Counted from the stretch's first letter, positions 13,391 through 27,693 are shown. The stretch is DNA of 64,000 bases from Camelus ferus (GCF_009834535.1 NC_045696.1:119600001-119664000), one strand, 5' to 3'. The notes: a model not told the origin generated them from the letters alone. Made by a program: numbers and translations.

Positions 13391-16300
13391 CTGGGAGGGG
13401 TCTGGCCATAGTTTCCCAGTAAACACATACAGCTCAGCATGGTGCGCACTTAGCAAAGGAGTCCTAGTTACTTTTATTTCTCGTGGCCTCCACTTGTGAT
13501 ATCATTCATTGACTGGTGTGTCATGTGACTCCTAATGCATCATGTGTGTATACCGCCCCCCACCACACACACACAGAGCACTTGAACTTCTGTCAGAGCA
13601 CTTACTGCACTGCTTTGCAGTGTACTTGGTACTTTCTCCTTTCCTAGAAGATGAGTATCTGAGGGGAATAAGAGATGGTGCTCTCCCCGCGCAAGTCATG
13701 TTGTGAATACTTGGTATTAGACTGGACCATGTGAAATTGCTGGTGTTAATTTTTAACCTGAGGCATCTTGTATCTGCCTGAGACAAAAAGAGAAAAACAA
13801 AAGAAGGTGAAAATTATCTTCTGCTGACAAGATGCAAACATCGTCTGCGGGATGTCCATGCAGAACCAGTGGTTCATCGCTGTGGTGTGCGGAGTCCTGG
13901 AGCCGGGTGTGCTGGTGTGAGTGGAGCGTGGCCCTGTGCTGGAGGAGATGTCGTGCTGTGGGGGACTGGGTGTTTACACTGTCAGATGTGTTCAACTCTG
14001 ATTAATCTGGAATTATGTGCACACTTTAGCCTTGGTTTGAATCCACTCATGATCCTTGGTTTGAATTCACTCGTGATTTCTACAGATAAGTTACCGTGAA
14101 GTTTGACATACTTTGCTGTGTTATAATTTCATGTGAAAAGATAATCTTCGTACTTTTTTTGGTTTGATATAAGTCCCTTAGCATCTTGAGGGTTGAGTAA
14201 ACAGAATAGTACATTAAGTGCACCAAACATTTTTCCTTTTGAAATAAGTTGATATTTCAAAAGAAGAGGAGGAAGCTGTTAAGGCAGTCATAATGCAAAA
14301 ACTAGGTTGCATTTCCTTATTCTAATTTTTTTGTGTAGTGTTTTTTTAATTGTAAATTATATATGGAGGGAAGCAATATTTTTGTACTTTATATATTTTA
14401 TATAATATTTAGGCTCAAGCTGGCCTTTTACCACCCCATTTTACAAGTCTGGGAAAAGGGATGTATGAGAGATTTTGTGTAAGCTTCATGAAGCCAGGAA
14501 CAGTTACTCTTGTTCACTGCTGTATTCCTTGTACTTAGCACATTTGTAGTTATTAACAAATGATTGTTGAATAATAATTCATGGGGGATAGGAGGCCAGG
14601 CTTGCTGGATTTGTTTAGAGTTAAAAAAGCATGTAATTTTTACATGAGATATATGAATATCAGCACAAATGAAAGATAATTGTAATTACTTGTTGCTTGA
14701 TAAGCATCAAAAGATTCCCATAGTTTTTGAGGCAATTAAATTGTATTGGTAAATGCTATAGTGACAGAAGGCTGTTAATCAGGAATTTGCTTATGATACT
14801 GTTTTGAGTCTGACTATTAATATAACAAGGTGAAAATATAACTTAATGCCTATAAAACAACATCTTTCATTTGAAACCCTTGTTTAAAATATGGGAGTCA
14901 GGGAAGACTACCTTTGACTTGGTAATAATATTGAAAATGTTAAGTACTCAGGAAATTTACTTTCTTTTGTGTTTGCTGCCACCAAATGGCAAACTAATAA
15001 TATTACTATGTCTGTGGCATTAATATGGTAGAAGACATAGTAAAAGTAATGCCCCTTGAATATTTTTTTGACAAGGTTAATTTTTTCATAAAGAGTTTTT
15101 TGACAAGAGGAGAAGTAACAAATTTTAATATGCTCAGAACTGCAGCTATCCTTCCATCAGGGTGGGTAACATCTTTTAGCCTACTGGGCATGCACATGAG
15201 AACATCGCAGTAATCACCATGACAGCAGTGATTAAAACTGATGATGCTTTTGGACTAATAAGAAATGTGGTTGACAGTATTCTTTTATACAGAGAGTTTA
15301 ATTCTGACATTTGGTCTTTGTAAGTCATTGTACCTGAGAATTAAGGCTCCAGGATACTTTAGGCCTAATTTTACTTGTTTGAAGGCAAGCCATTTCACTA
15401 AAAATAACTGTTGGGATATGTGCCTGGAAAAATGGTTATGTAAGAGGGAAAAAAGAGAAGCAACCCAAATGTTCAATCTTAGAAAATTGGTTAAATACAG
15501 TAAGATATTACTTTTGAACGTAATGTTATATAGTCATTGAAAGTGTTACAGAGGAATAGTTAAGAGCGTGGGTAAAGTACACATTGTTCAGTGGAGGAAG
15601 ATGGAGAGAAACAAGTTACTAAACAGTATATATGTTATCACGAAGTTTTTCTTAAGTTCATATATAGTAAATAATTAACCAGTGTTCATCTTTGGAAGAT
15701 ATTATTGTTATTTCTTAAATTTATGGATTTCTAAAATGAGTATGTTTTAAATTGAGTATGTAAGGGATTGCATAGATTGAATATTTCATACTTTATGGAC
15801 AATTTTTTAGATTAAGGCATCCCCATAAAATTGCTTGGTAAGTGTTCTAGAAAATGTATTTGGATTTTTTTTCATTGATGAGAATATCTTGTTGCTAGCA
15901 ATTCTAATAAGACTCTAACCCCACTTTTTGGGTCTCTTCACAGAATCCAGTAAGAAATCGTTTATATATAAAGAAAACCTTTAAAAATAGAAACTCTGTC
16001 TAGTTACACATTAGTAATTTTCTTTCTTGATAGTAGGGTAAAACTAAATTAGAAATTACTAAGACTTTTGAATATTATCTGATAATTCAAGGTATTAGTT
16101 ATTTTTATAACATAGCCCTTCATTTCCAGGGTCAGCATATTCTTGCTTTTGATATCTGTTTTCTGCTACAGGCCTGAGATGGGAATTGAAACAGTACCCC
16201 TACTGCTTCCACCAGAGGAAATAGTGTGGGAATCCCTATGATGGTAGGTCCTTCCCCGTGGTCTCTGCAGTAGTAGAGGCAGCGCTTGTCATTTGTTAGT

Positions 16301-19300
16301 TTGTTGCTGTTCATGCCTCCTCCTAATTTAAACTTTGCTTTTATACATTATGTGTGTGAATAATTACTTAGTGTCAGCCCGAATCCTGTATCATAGACAT
16401 TTTGTTGATACGTGGTGGGCCGCTGTATTTGATGGAAGACTTAGTGTAGCAGCTTACTTAATAACTCAAATAGATTTTCAGGGGAGGGGGTTTGAGAATC
16501 TAAGATCCCTATGTGTTGTAACTTGAAGAAGAGAATATTAAATAGCTGAAAATAATGGTTCTGCAGTAGATTTACTTCTCCTGAAACAGGAGTGTGTTCC
16601 CGGATGTTTGGTCCTTCTCCAGCTGTGTGCACCCCCTTGCTCGTGGCTTGTTCTCCATGTTGTGTGTTTGTGGTGTACACCGTAGCATTGTTCGCCACCA
16701 GTCACCCCGGGGAACCTCAGTTAGGAGAGTGACTCCTGCGTTTTTAGTGAAAGTAGTTTAAAAAAATCTGGAGGTCTTAGACTCAAGGCACCATGAAGCC
16801 AAGATAAGCTAGTTTGATATTGTTGATGTGGTTTGTTAGGTGTCTTGTTTGAAATTCAAACATACTGAAAGATTGTGTAGAAAGGAAGAAACTTTGGCCC
16901 AGTAATTGGCTTCTTTACCATTGTCAAGCTGCAACCTACTAGATTTTTTGTTAAATAGTTTACGATACATACTATTTGATATTAAGTAGACTTAATGTGA
17001 TGTTGTTTGAAAACAACAAAAAAATCAGCCTTGTTAGGTTTTTGTTACAGTTTTTAGGTAAATTAAACTTTTTTTTTTTTAAAGAAGAGGGTGATCAGGA
17101 AGCTGTTATTGAAGGCTGAAAAGTTTTATCCATCTCTCTTCTGGTAGAGGGGGAGCAGACTATTGGGAAAACATTATTAGGTTGTGTTCTTCAATTTGGA
17201 ATAATTTCAGCCACATTAAATATTCCAATTTTCTTTAGGAATTCCGTGTGAATTAACCAATTATGATTCTTTACCTGGCTTTTCAGGATTATCTACCAAA
17301 CTATCACTTTAATAAAAACAAAACATAGGTTGCCTCTCATTTGTTGTTACCTGGAATGGCCCTTGCTGAATAGAATTCCACTGGAAATTCACCCATCAAG
17401 ACACCTTATTTCTGTTCTTTATAAACTTTTCTAACCTTTGGCTCAGGAAAGGTTTTGAGTGAGTCTGGAAATAATCCTGTCTTAATTCAGTCAAGTATTT
17501 GTGCCATGGGTGGGCAAGTCAGAAAAAGGAAAAATATCAAACTCAAGATAGTAAGATTAAGATTTGATTAGGAAAATAGTGACAAATAATAGACACAGAC
17601 CATCAATATCACTTAGCCCATTTGTATTTTTCTTTCCTGGTAATATATGATGGAGAGCATGTAAAGTCAAACACATACAAGTATTTTTTGCAGTATCATT
17701 GCAATATAAGTTGTAATTTTCACCTTTCACCACTAGATGGTGCTTTTGCATTGGTTTCTGCAAATTTTCTAAATTTACTGAAGGAATCATTTTTAAATTC
17801 TTCATAAAGAACAGTGAAATTAAGATAGTAATATAGTTGGTCATATAGATAGGCAAATTAAAACTAGTGAAATATAACCATCGTTTGTGATCAAATATGC
17901 AGTTTAGTTTTTTAAAAAAGATAAAAAGTCCTTGTGTACAAAATGGTTAAGAGCTATACTTGACCAGATTTTCTAATATAATCTTCAGTCCACCACCTTT
18001 AGAAACAGCTTAGATGTTTTGAACTTTTGGTTGGTACTGTAATCTAAATGCAATCTAAATCACAGTTTCTTAATTTGTAATGTTAAAAAAAATTCACATA
18101 ACTCAGGCTTTAAAAATTGTCCTTGATCATTTTGTCTTTTTCTCCTACTCAGTAGCTAACCAAACTGCTTTCATTGACGCCTTATGTTATATTCAATTCT
18201 CTTTTGTTAGTTACCAAATGACTTTTTGATCATTATCCTGCTTGAATAAATTGAATGCTTAGGTCTGCAGAGCTTATTTTGGATTGTGACAAGGTTGTAG
18301 AGATATTCTGTCAAGGAAATAGTCATCTCATGCTATAAAGCATTCATGTATTTTAAAAAGCAACGTAAGTACAGGCTATAGAACATCATTGTCACCAAAC
18401 TCCTTTCTCTGAGCCCTTTTCTCCAGTCTAGTCTGTCACTACTATTTCTTGGCTGAGATTGTTTATATAAAAATAAAGTTATAAAAACAAGCATTTAAAT
18501 GACCCCTTCTTGGAGTCTACTCCCCGCTAGCTATTTGACAGCTTGTGAAGTGTGGATTTAGAGGCGGGCTTCAAGCCTCGACAGCCTTGGTCGGCTTTCA
18601 GGGCCCAGCTGCCCCAGAGTGCAGGTGAAGGGCTTTGGCTTCATAGGTTTGCTTCTTAACAGTGAGTCTTCCACCCAGGCCGTATTTAGGTTTTGCTACC
18701 AAGTCTTACTACTTACTGGGATGTGAATTTTTGTCATTTAACCCCACTGGGACTTCCTTTACATGTAAAGTAGAGATGGAGTTTAGCAAATCCTGAGTCA
18801 GGAATAATGTTACTCAGGAAAAAAAAAATATCTGCACATACGAAAGAAAGAACAAAGTATCCATAATCCTGCCACTGCTCTAACTAATCTACTGTTGTTG
18901 CTTTTTAAGAAAAAAATATTCTGATCATTATTTAACTTAATTAGAATCACATTGTGTGTGTGATGTTTTCCACTTAACACTGTTACATGCTTTAAAAAAT
19001 TAAGTTTCTAAATACCATTCAGGTTCATTGTATGATATAGTCTATATTTTAAATCATTTTATAGTTTAACATGTAGGTTTTAAAAAATACTTTGTTATCA
19101 GTGATGCTTAGTAAAATCTTGATATGTAAATTTTATGGATGTCACATTACTTCCTTATGTCTCCATTCTTGCAAGTAGGAATGCTAGTCAAAGAACTTCG
19201 AAAGGTTGATCAAGGCTTTTGATAAATTCTTTTCCCAGAAAAGTCCCAATTTATTCCTGTTATCAGCCTTTGTGGCCTTTGGCTTGACTGTTTCAATAGC

Positions 19301-19339
19301 ATATTGTTTTTCCTCTGTCTTTAGTGTCACCTCATTTTT

Positions 19340-19530
19340 AGGTCATCCTTCACACCACATCCACAGTGAGGCCACTTAAGATACAAATCTGATTATGTCA
19401 CTTTTTGACCTAAACATTTTTAGTGGGTTCCCCATCATCATTCTGCAGTTAAAATGTATATGCATTAATGTGGTGTTTCACGGCCCTTCATGGTTTGGCC
19501 CCTGCCTAATTTTCCCACCTTCTTTGCTGC
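19340..19530 (+). mobile_element. LINE-2 fragment
   Basis: aaatctgattatgtcact...catggtttggcccctgcct L2 motif. Confidence 0.55.
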
Positions 19531-19774
19531 AACCCTGCTGTGTGTTCTGTGGACAAGCAGTGGGGAGGGAGCATTCCAGGCAGCGGGAGCAGCGTATGCA
19601 GTGGCACAGCTGCATGAACTGACTTGCTGTTGGAACAAGTCGTTTGTATTCATGAAACTGCAAGACAAGACAGTGGTGGGTATCTCCAGTGTTGTGTGCG
19701 TCAGTAAAGTTTAGTTGACTAAAAGCAGACAGATAACATTTTATCTGTGAGAAGTGATTGGTGATATAGAGAAT

Positions 19775-20190
19775 TGTTAATCCGGATTTTTTGTTACAAA
19801 TGGCAGAAATCCCAACTCAAAGTGGCTTAAATGTAAAAGGAATTTGACTGGTCAGGTAGTAGGGATGGTCCGGCAGAGCCCCATCCAGGACTTGGTGATG
19901 GAGTCCCCATCAGCCTCACCCTTTTAAAGCTCTGTCCTTTTCTTCTTTCCTCCAGGCAGTTTAGCTTACATTTCCTTATAATCCCAAGAGAAAAAGAGTA
20001 TTTTCCCTGAAATCTTAGGCAGGAAAGTAAAATCCTGAGGAAGATCCTGTCTGGCTTTGGTTCTGTGTTCCTCCCTGAACTAAACATTGGCTAGAAGTAG
20101 GTGATACTCTGGCCAGTCCTGGGTCCTTGTAGGTCTTTGGACCAGAAGCACTCCCTAAAGCCAGGGATTCTTGTGAGAGAACCCATGTCT
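19775..20190 (-). mobile_element. MaLR LTR (MLT1K/L-like)
   Basis: gttacaaatggcagaaatcccaactcaaagtggcttaaa is typical of the antisense MLT1 3' end. Confidence 0.6.
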
Positions 20191-20199
20191 GCTGCAAGG

Positions 20200-21070
20200 A
20201 TGGATGGGGCTGGAGAAGGCAGAGTCAGGAGTGGAGGGACCAGTTAGGAGGTGGTTTTGAGAAGTCAGGTGAGGACTGAAGTGGATCTGAACCAGGTCAT
20301 TGTGGGTGAAGAGAGTTTAGAAAGATTTTAGGTGAAATGCCTAGAACTTGGCAACTAAGTGGGAGATAAAGTAAGGGAAGGCTTCTAGATAATTCTTCTT
20401 GTGTCAGGGCTACTATGTACATGGTGATGTCATTGCTATTAACCAACCTGGGAATTTCAGAAGACGAACACTTTGGGGGAGTGGACTCAAGGTGGAAAGT
20501 TGAATTTTGACAGTAAGTCTGAGAGAATATGGAATATGCAGGTGAAATGGCCCATTGAGCATTCAGAAGTTGTGTCTGGAGTTTAGGACTGGGAATAAAG
20601 ACCTGGAAGTTTCACCTAAATGATGGTTTATGTAATAGAAATAGATGAGCTTGTCCAGGAAGAGATTGTAGACCAGGAGGAGGGAAAGTGGGATGAATAG
20701 AAAAGCAGTGTTTAAATATAGGGGGTGGAAGGAAAGCCAAATGACAGGGACTAAAAAAGAAGGTTTAGAAAAATAGGTGAAATTTTTATGGACATGGCAA
20801 GAAGACAGTTTAATAAGATCACTGGTGCCCAGTGTTTTGGAGTAGTTGAGAAAAATGAAGATTTACAGTTGGTCATCATTGGTGACCTCAGGGCAGTATC
20901 AGCTGAGTGGTGGCTGAGCATGGGATCTGGTTCCAGTATGGAGAGACAAGTGGAAGATGGAGTGGTAGCTTGTTAGGGAGGCAGAGAGGTTTTCTGTAGG
21001 CTAAGGAAGAGGGACAGAGACAGCAGTGAGGGACAAATCAGAGTGACATAAGAAAAGGGTCAGAATTGGT
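20200..21070 (-). mobile_element. LINE-2 fragment (continues a piece at about 19545-19620)
   Basis: Purine-rich L2 antisense motifs: gggagcattccaggcag, gagggaccagttaggagg, ggtcatcattggtgacct. Confidence 0.7.
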
Positions 21071-22439
21071 AGAGTCAGGTCTGTTAAGAAGATGGAAATA
21101 TCTTGAATAAACATCCTTTTTCCCTCTGTGCCTACAGGCTCTTCCCATGAGAAGGCCGAGACCCTGAGGTTAGGTTCCTGGTGTGTAAGAAGGGTGTAGT
21201 AGGTGACTACTGAGTGAATGAGCGATCAGAGGGGAAAATGGAAAATACAGATATTTGTGGGGGAGAACTGGAAGGAGGGCGAAGGAACCCATCTCCGCTG
21301 TCCTCTTTCCCTCTCTGGTGGAATGCCCAGAGATCAAACCTCTCCTGCTTACCTCAAAGCTCTGCTGGGTGGAACCAGTGCCAGGACAGGTGGGGCGTGT
21401 CCTTCAGCTAGGAAGAGCTGCTACCGTGGAAGGGAGGGCTGCTTTCCATTTCTGGCATCTTAATTTTGAAAGGGACTTCAAGTCAGATGATACTCAGCTC
21501 TCAGCAGCTCAGAAATCCCGCTGGCTTCCTTAACAGCTGCTAATTTCACTTAGCTTAGGTTCTTGATGTGTGGGACGAGCCAGGCTTCCGAGACAGATGG
21601 GCCTGGGTTAGAATCCAGTTTCTTCCACCTCTTTGCCATGTGAACTCCAATTTTGACTTGTCCAGCTCACAATTTATCTTGAAATGGGAATTTAAAACTA
21701 TCTTGCAGGCATGTTGTTACAAACTTAAATGCCTGGAACGGTAGGTAGTTGGGTGACCTGGGATGTTCCTCCCTGCCCTCTGTGAGCAGCCAGCCCTGTT
21801 CAGACAACAATGCCAGATTGAAAGCACTGTCGTGTATTGAACCAGAGTTCCCCTTCCTGCTTGTTATTGTTCATTGACCCTAGTTCTTATTTCTAGAACT
21901 GTGCAATTTGGTATCCCTTCACAGTGATAGCACTTCAGATAGTTTAAAGCTACCGTGTTCTCCGTGACTCCTTTTCAGACAGAACACCTTCAGAGTCATT
22001 GATACTTAGAACATGGTTTTTAGACCCACCATTGTCTGGGAGTTGCGTGTGTTCTGGTCTCATTACTCTGGATGTGGCTTCATCCACGTCTAGTAATTAT
22101 AGTCTTCCTTTTCCTAGAGGAGAAAAGTGAGATTAATAGGAACCATTTTTGGCATAAAACTTTGATTTTAATTGGTCAAAATCAAAGTGAAATCTTATAG
22201 TTTCATATTCTGAAGTATACTATTCTCTTGGGTCGATAGCATTTATGAAATGACTGCCTAAAATTTATCTCAAGATAAATTATTGATGACTGATTTTTTT
22301 TCCCTTAAAAAAAAAAGTCTTTGGAGCCCTCAAAGTATCATCCAGTACTAATGTGTTGTAATTAACTCATAATGGTGGGAAAATTAAACTATTGAAATAA
22401 AATGCCAAGATTTGATTTTTCTGTGTAGAAAATAGTGTA

Positions 22440-22975
22440 CTGCTGGTTGCTTACTCACTGGTCATCACTCACTTCCTTCCTTGCCGACCCCCAGTTTTGT
22501 TCGGTGTCCCACCTCCATCCTGCATGACTTGGAGAAGCCCTAACAGTGTAAGCCAGTCGTGGTAATCTTCTCTGCCTAGCAGTGATTGTTTAGGAAGGGA
22601 CATGTGAGCCAAGTCTGGTCACGTATCAGGGAAAGTCAGTTTAGGTAGCTTCTGAGAAAGTCTTCCTTGTCCCTAAAAAGGGAGACGCAGAAGGAAACTC
22701 CCCTTTTGCTGGACAAACAGTATGTGTCTGATATGATGCCTTGACGTATAGGAGGCGTCATCTTGTGACTGTGGAGAGAATTAGCCAAAGGGCCATGCTG
22801 AGTCTGATGGAAAAGCTGGAAGGCGCCCAGATGTCCTACATGGAAGCATTGAGTAACTGAATCAGTCACCTTGGAGCCACCTTATTTCACTTCCCTTTGT
22901 TTATGGTAAGACTCTATTGTTTAAACCAGTTGGGTGTAACATGCTGTTTTATTTTAGTTTGGAATAGCCCTGATG
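22440..22975 (+). mobile_element. MaLR LTR (MLT1J/H-like)
   Basis: ggacatgtgagccaagtctgg, gcttctgagaaag, gtcatcttgtgac and ttgtttaaaccagttg motifs in MLT1 order. Confidence 0.65.
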
Positions 22976-25234
22976 TTAAAGAACAAACATATTTTGATAG
23001 TCTGTTGTGCAGAAAAGTAGGTGCTTTATGGAAGGCCCATTAAGATGTAGTGATGGGCCTATTAAGATATCTTAATAGGCCTCATAATATTAGGATCACA
23101 TTAGAATTGTACTGGGGCAAAGTTTCATAAGTATTCTTGCATTACTGAATGTTCTGATCATGAACAAAACAGACCAAAAAGTCCTGTAATACAATAAGTG
23201 AGAGCAGGTTTAACCAGCCAGTTATCCAAGAATGGGCTTGTTATCAGATCTGACAGGGACTTCTTCCCATTAAGGAAATTAAAAATTGACTGCATCTAAA
23301 GGAATTCATTTTATTCTGAAATAACATTAAGTTATAAGTGACTTTTTACAAGGTTATCAAGAGCATGAAAATCTATTTATGCAAAAAAAAAAATTCCATG
23401 TCTTGAAACACGTTAGAAACACCCTTTCCTTTTTTCAACAATAGAAGCTGCTTCATAAAATTTTAGATAGCACTCTTTAATAAAGGGAACTAAAGAGTAT
23501 GAAAAATGTAAATTATCTGAGTCATCTCTTGGATTTTAAAGTAGTTACTTTTAGTATTTTTTGTCTCCACCCTTCTATGGTTTAGAAAGATGTGAATCAC
23601 TTTCCTTAGTATTTCCCTACTTAGCAAAGGAAGTGGCGTATGCAGTCCCAGTTTGTGTGTGAAATAACTACTGTGCACTGCAGATCTTACTGCACTTGTG
23701 GGAATTCCTTGGATGGCTCATGTAATTATTGCTTATAAAGGTAAACATTGGGTAACCATAGCAATTTTATTTTAAATTGAAAATTCTCTCCCTTCAGCTT
23801 TTAAAGAACAGTATCTTGGTAACTCCATTTACCCCAGTGTCACCACATTGTAGAAACCAGAATGAATTGCATATAACCTTCCCTCAATTATTTTTTAAAG
23901 AAAGACAGAAATTCAGCCTGTTTAAAATAAAAATGTTCTACTCTACTACTTTGTAATATTGGACTTAAGTTGTCTTTGAAACAGTTGCTGAAAGATTGTT
24001 CATAATGCAAATAAAAATGTAATTATATTTCAGAGAATGTATTTATCGTGGGCCTAGGAAACCTAAGTCACATGCCAAACATGCTGCTAGTTAACATAAA
24101 TTCCAGCTCAAAATTATACTAATAAGAGATCAAATAGGATATTTTTCCAAATACAGAATGTAAAAAACTTTAATTCAGTCTGGCCTTCCAGTCCAGTCTG
24201 AATGATGAATATTTTTGCTTCATTTCATACTACTTGTTGATGTAATCAAAAGAGTGAAGAAAATAATCTAACTTCTAAAAATACTGATTAAAGTAAGTAA
24301 GTAAATAAATAAATAAAAATTAAAAAATGATTTAAATAAATCAGTTTAAACCAACTGGTTTAAACAATAAATACAGTGCTGCGTGCTTGATAATAGAATA
24401 GGTTCCCCCCCCCCAGTATTTTTGGCATGTTGAATATATTCTAGAAAACTACCTGTATTGTTATATTTGGCTTGTTAAAATTTTTTGCTTGCATACTTTT
24501 TAAAGAAAATAGTTACTTTCCTCAAGATTGAAGTCTGACCTTAAGTTCTCTTACATAACTCTTGAACCTGCACTCTTCGAAAGCCCGTTCCTCTCCTGTC
24601 TTAACGGAAGCTCAGCGTTTTCTAAGTCTGTGCTTCTCCGGGGTCTTCTCAGGTGTAGCCGTTCCTGTGCTCGCGGCCAGTACGCCTTGGGGAATGTTGC
24701 TGTCTGCCTGCCTGTAAACCCGTCCTCCTTCTGAGGCACCTGCCGTCTGGCTGGGCGACCTGCGGCCCTGCGGCTCTTTCACTCCCAGTTCCCTCTGGAT
24801 CCGTGTCCTCTCCATCGTCCAGGTGACTTCATTTCTTACCAGGCGACACTTCGAACATCATGCTTCTCAGTTTAACAGCCTCTACGCCGGTGACCATCTG
24901 CACTTGGCTCTGACCACAAACTCCAGTGACCCCATCCCACCACTGGCTGGTGTACTGAAACTACCTTTTTTTCTGTGTTGTTATTATTATCCAGCATAGA
25001 ACCCATGACTCGTTTCAACTGCTAAACACCCACCTCTACTCCTTTTCAACTTTATCCTTTCTCTTCCACTTACTAGTCGCCTACATCAACTCCTCCCTCC
25101 TGTGTGAAGGGTGCAGATGCTCCCTTCATGCCTCATCTGCATTCTGATCTTCCCCTCTCTTTCTGCATCTGTGCGCTCTTCTTTCATCACTATTTTTCAG
25201 TTGTTCCACTTTTCTTTTTTCTTAAAGTGTTGTC

Positions 25235-26920
25235 TTGCAGTCCATGAACATAGGATATCTTTCCACTTATTAATGGCATTTTTAATTTCTTTCATCTGTG
25301 TTAGTGATTTTCAGTTTACACATCTTTTACCTCCTTAGTTAGGTTTATTTCTAAGGATTTTATTGTTTATGAAGTTTCCTTTTCAGTATAGAAATGAAAC
25401 TTATTTTTGTTCAGTTTGTATCCTGCACTTTGACTGAATTCATTAATTAGTCCTGACACTTCCTTTGTGGAGTCTTAAGGGTTTTCTGCATTAGATCATG
25501 CAGCACAAGACCTGTGAACAGGGACAGTTTTACTATTTCCTTTCTGATTGGAATGCCGTTTGTTTTTCTTGCCTAACTGATCTGACTAGGAATTCCACTA
25601 CTGTGTTACGTAGAAGTAGCAAGAGTGAACATTCTTGCCATTTTCCTGATCTTAGAGAAAAGCTTTCAATCTTTCACCATTGAATTTGTGGGCTTTTCAT
25701 ATATGGCCCGTATTAAGATAATTTCCTTCTGTTCCTAGTTTGTTTCAAGTTTTTATCATGAAAGGGTGTTGAATTTTGTCACGTTTTTTCTGTGTCTGTT
25801 GATATGATTGCAGTCTTTTTTTATCCTTCATTGTCTTAATGTTGTGTGTCACATTAATTGAGTTTTGTGTGATGAACCATGGTTGCAGGCCTGAGTTAAG
25901 TCCCACGTAGTCATGGTGCATGTTTCTTTTAATGTGCTGTTGAATCTGGTTTGCTAGTATTTTGTGGAGGACTTTTGCACCTGTGTTCGTCGGGAATATT
26001 GACATGTAATTTTCTTGCAGTGTCTTTATCTGGCTTTGGTATCAGGGTGATTCTGGTTCATAAAAGGAGTTTAGAAATTATTCTTCCTCCAGTTTTTGGG
26101 GAGAGTTTGAGAAGGATTGGCATTATTTCTTTAAATGTATGGTAGAATTCAGCTGTAGAACCATGTGGTCCTGGGTTTTTCTTTGCTGGGAGGTTTTGAT
26201 TACTGATGCAGTCTCTTTTCTAGTTATAGGTCTGCTCATATTTTCTATTCATGATTCAATCTTGGTTAGCCAGTATGTGTTTAAGTACTTATCCTTTTTT
26301 AGTTTGCACAGTTTGCTGGCATATAATTGTTTATAGTAGTCTCTCGTATTTTTTTCCCCCTGTGGCATCAGTTGTAATGTTTCCTCTTCCATTTCTGATT
26401 TTACTGAGTTTTCCTTTTTTTCTTAGTCTTGCTAAAGGTTTGTCAGTTTTGTAATTTTCTTCCTATTTTTCTGTTCTCTATCTTGTTTATTTCTGCTCTA
26501 ATTTTACGTTCTTTTCTTTCTTTTGCTAACTTTGGCCTTACTCTGTTCTTTTCCTAGTTCCTTGAGGTGGAAAGCTAGGTTGTTTGAGATCTTTCTTTTT
26601 TAATGTGGGTGCTTTATTGCTATAAACTTCCCTCTTAGTACTTTTACTATATTTCATGTGTTTTTGTTTTGGTCTTAAGATATTTTTTAATTTCCTTTTT
26701 GATGTCTTCTTTGACCCACTGGTTGTCAAGAGTGTGTTTAATTTCCACATTTTCTAGTATTCTTTCTGCTGTGGATTATTAGTTTCTTCTTAAATTTGTT
26801 AAAATTTATTTTGTGGCCTAAGATGTGAGCTGTCGAGAATGTTCTGTGTTTGCCTGAGAGGAATGTATATTCTGCTGCTGCTGGGCGGAATGCTCTGTAT
26901 TGGTCTGTTCGGTCTATAGC
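25235..26920 (-). mobile_element. Old L1M ORF2 (EN/RT region) fragment
   Basis: ORF 25745-26005(-) AKVLHKILANQIQQHIKR...DKIQHPFMIKT and 26538-26750(-) WKLNTLL are L1 ORF2 motifs. Confidence 0.92.
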
Positions 26921-27247
26921 AGTCCATTTTGAACTGGTAACTTTAGTTTCATACAAAAACTGTACACTTCTTCCTACCTACACTTTGTTATTGATGTCAC
27001 AGTTTACGTATTTTTATGTTGTATATCCATGAATGTATTTTATAGTTAGTCATGGCAGAAATATTTAGGAAACATCAACTGAGGCCATTATCTCTAAAGT
27101 GGTTATTTTCCTGTAGAACATTCTAACAAAAGGTATTCATATTAGTGATTCTGAGCCGCCATAACAGTCTCAAGTATGTTCTTTTCCTTAAGACAGTAAT
27201 GTAGATAGCATATTTAAGGACGAAAAGTTAGTCCTTAGAGGTTTAAT

Positions 27248-27693
27248 ACGGTGTTGTACGACATGATAGTCACTAGCCCAGTGTGGCTGGCTTCTGTAAC
27301 TGAGGAACTGAATTCTGAATTGTGTTTCATTGTCTTAGTTATTGGGAAACTTTTAAGTATGTTTGAAACAACTTGAGCATGTATATTTATATTCTCAACT
27401 GTAAAATTTATGAAATCTGAATAGAAATCAGTTATTTCCAATGGAAGTTCTATGTTTTCATTGAGATATGCTGTAAGTATAAAATACACAGCAAATGTTG
27501 AAGGCTTAGTTTAAAACGTAAAATATCCGATAACTTTATGTTGATTACAAGCTGATAAAATATTTTGGATATATTTAATTACACAAAATATTATAGTTAA
27601 TCTTACCTGTTTCACGATTTTAAAATGTGTTTACTGGAAATATTTTAGGTTACCTAATTTTAGGCTCACTTTATATTTCTATTAGATGACATT
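27248..27693. mobile_element. hAT-Charlie DNA transposon remnant (MER33/Charlie5-like)
   Basis: gtcactagcc...gtggct, aactgaggaactgaatt, gagatatgctgtaagtataaaatacac and tatatttctattagatgac motifs. Confidence 0.75.

Noticed and set aside
24328..24365. Short inverted repeats tgattta/taaatca and gtttaaacca/tggtttaaac
   Set aside because: 10 bp or less in very AT-rich sequence; expected by chance.
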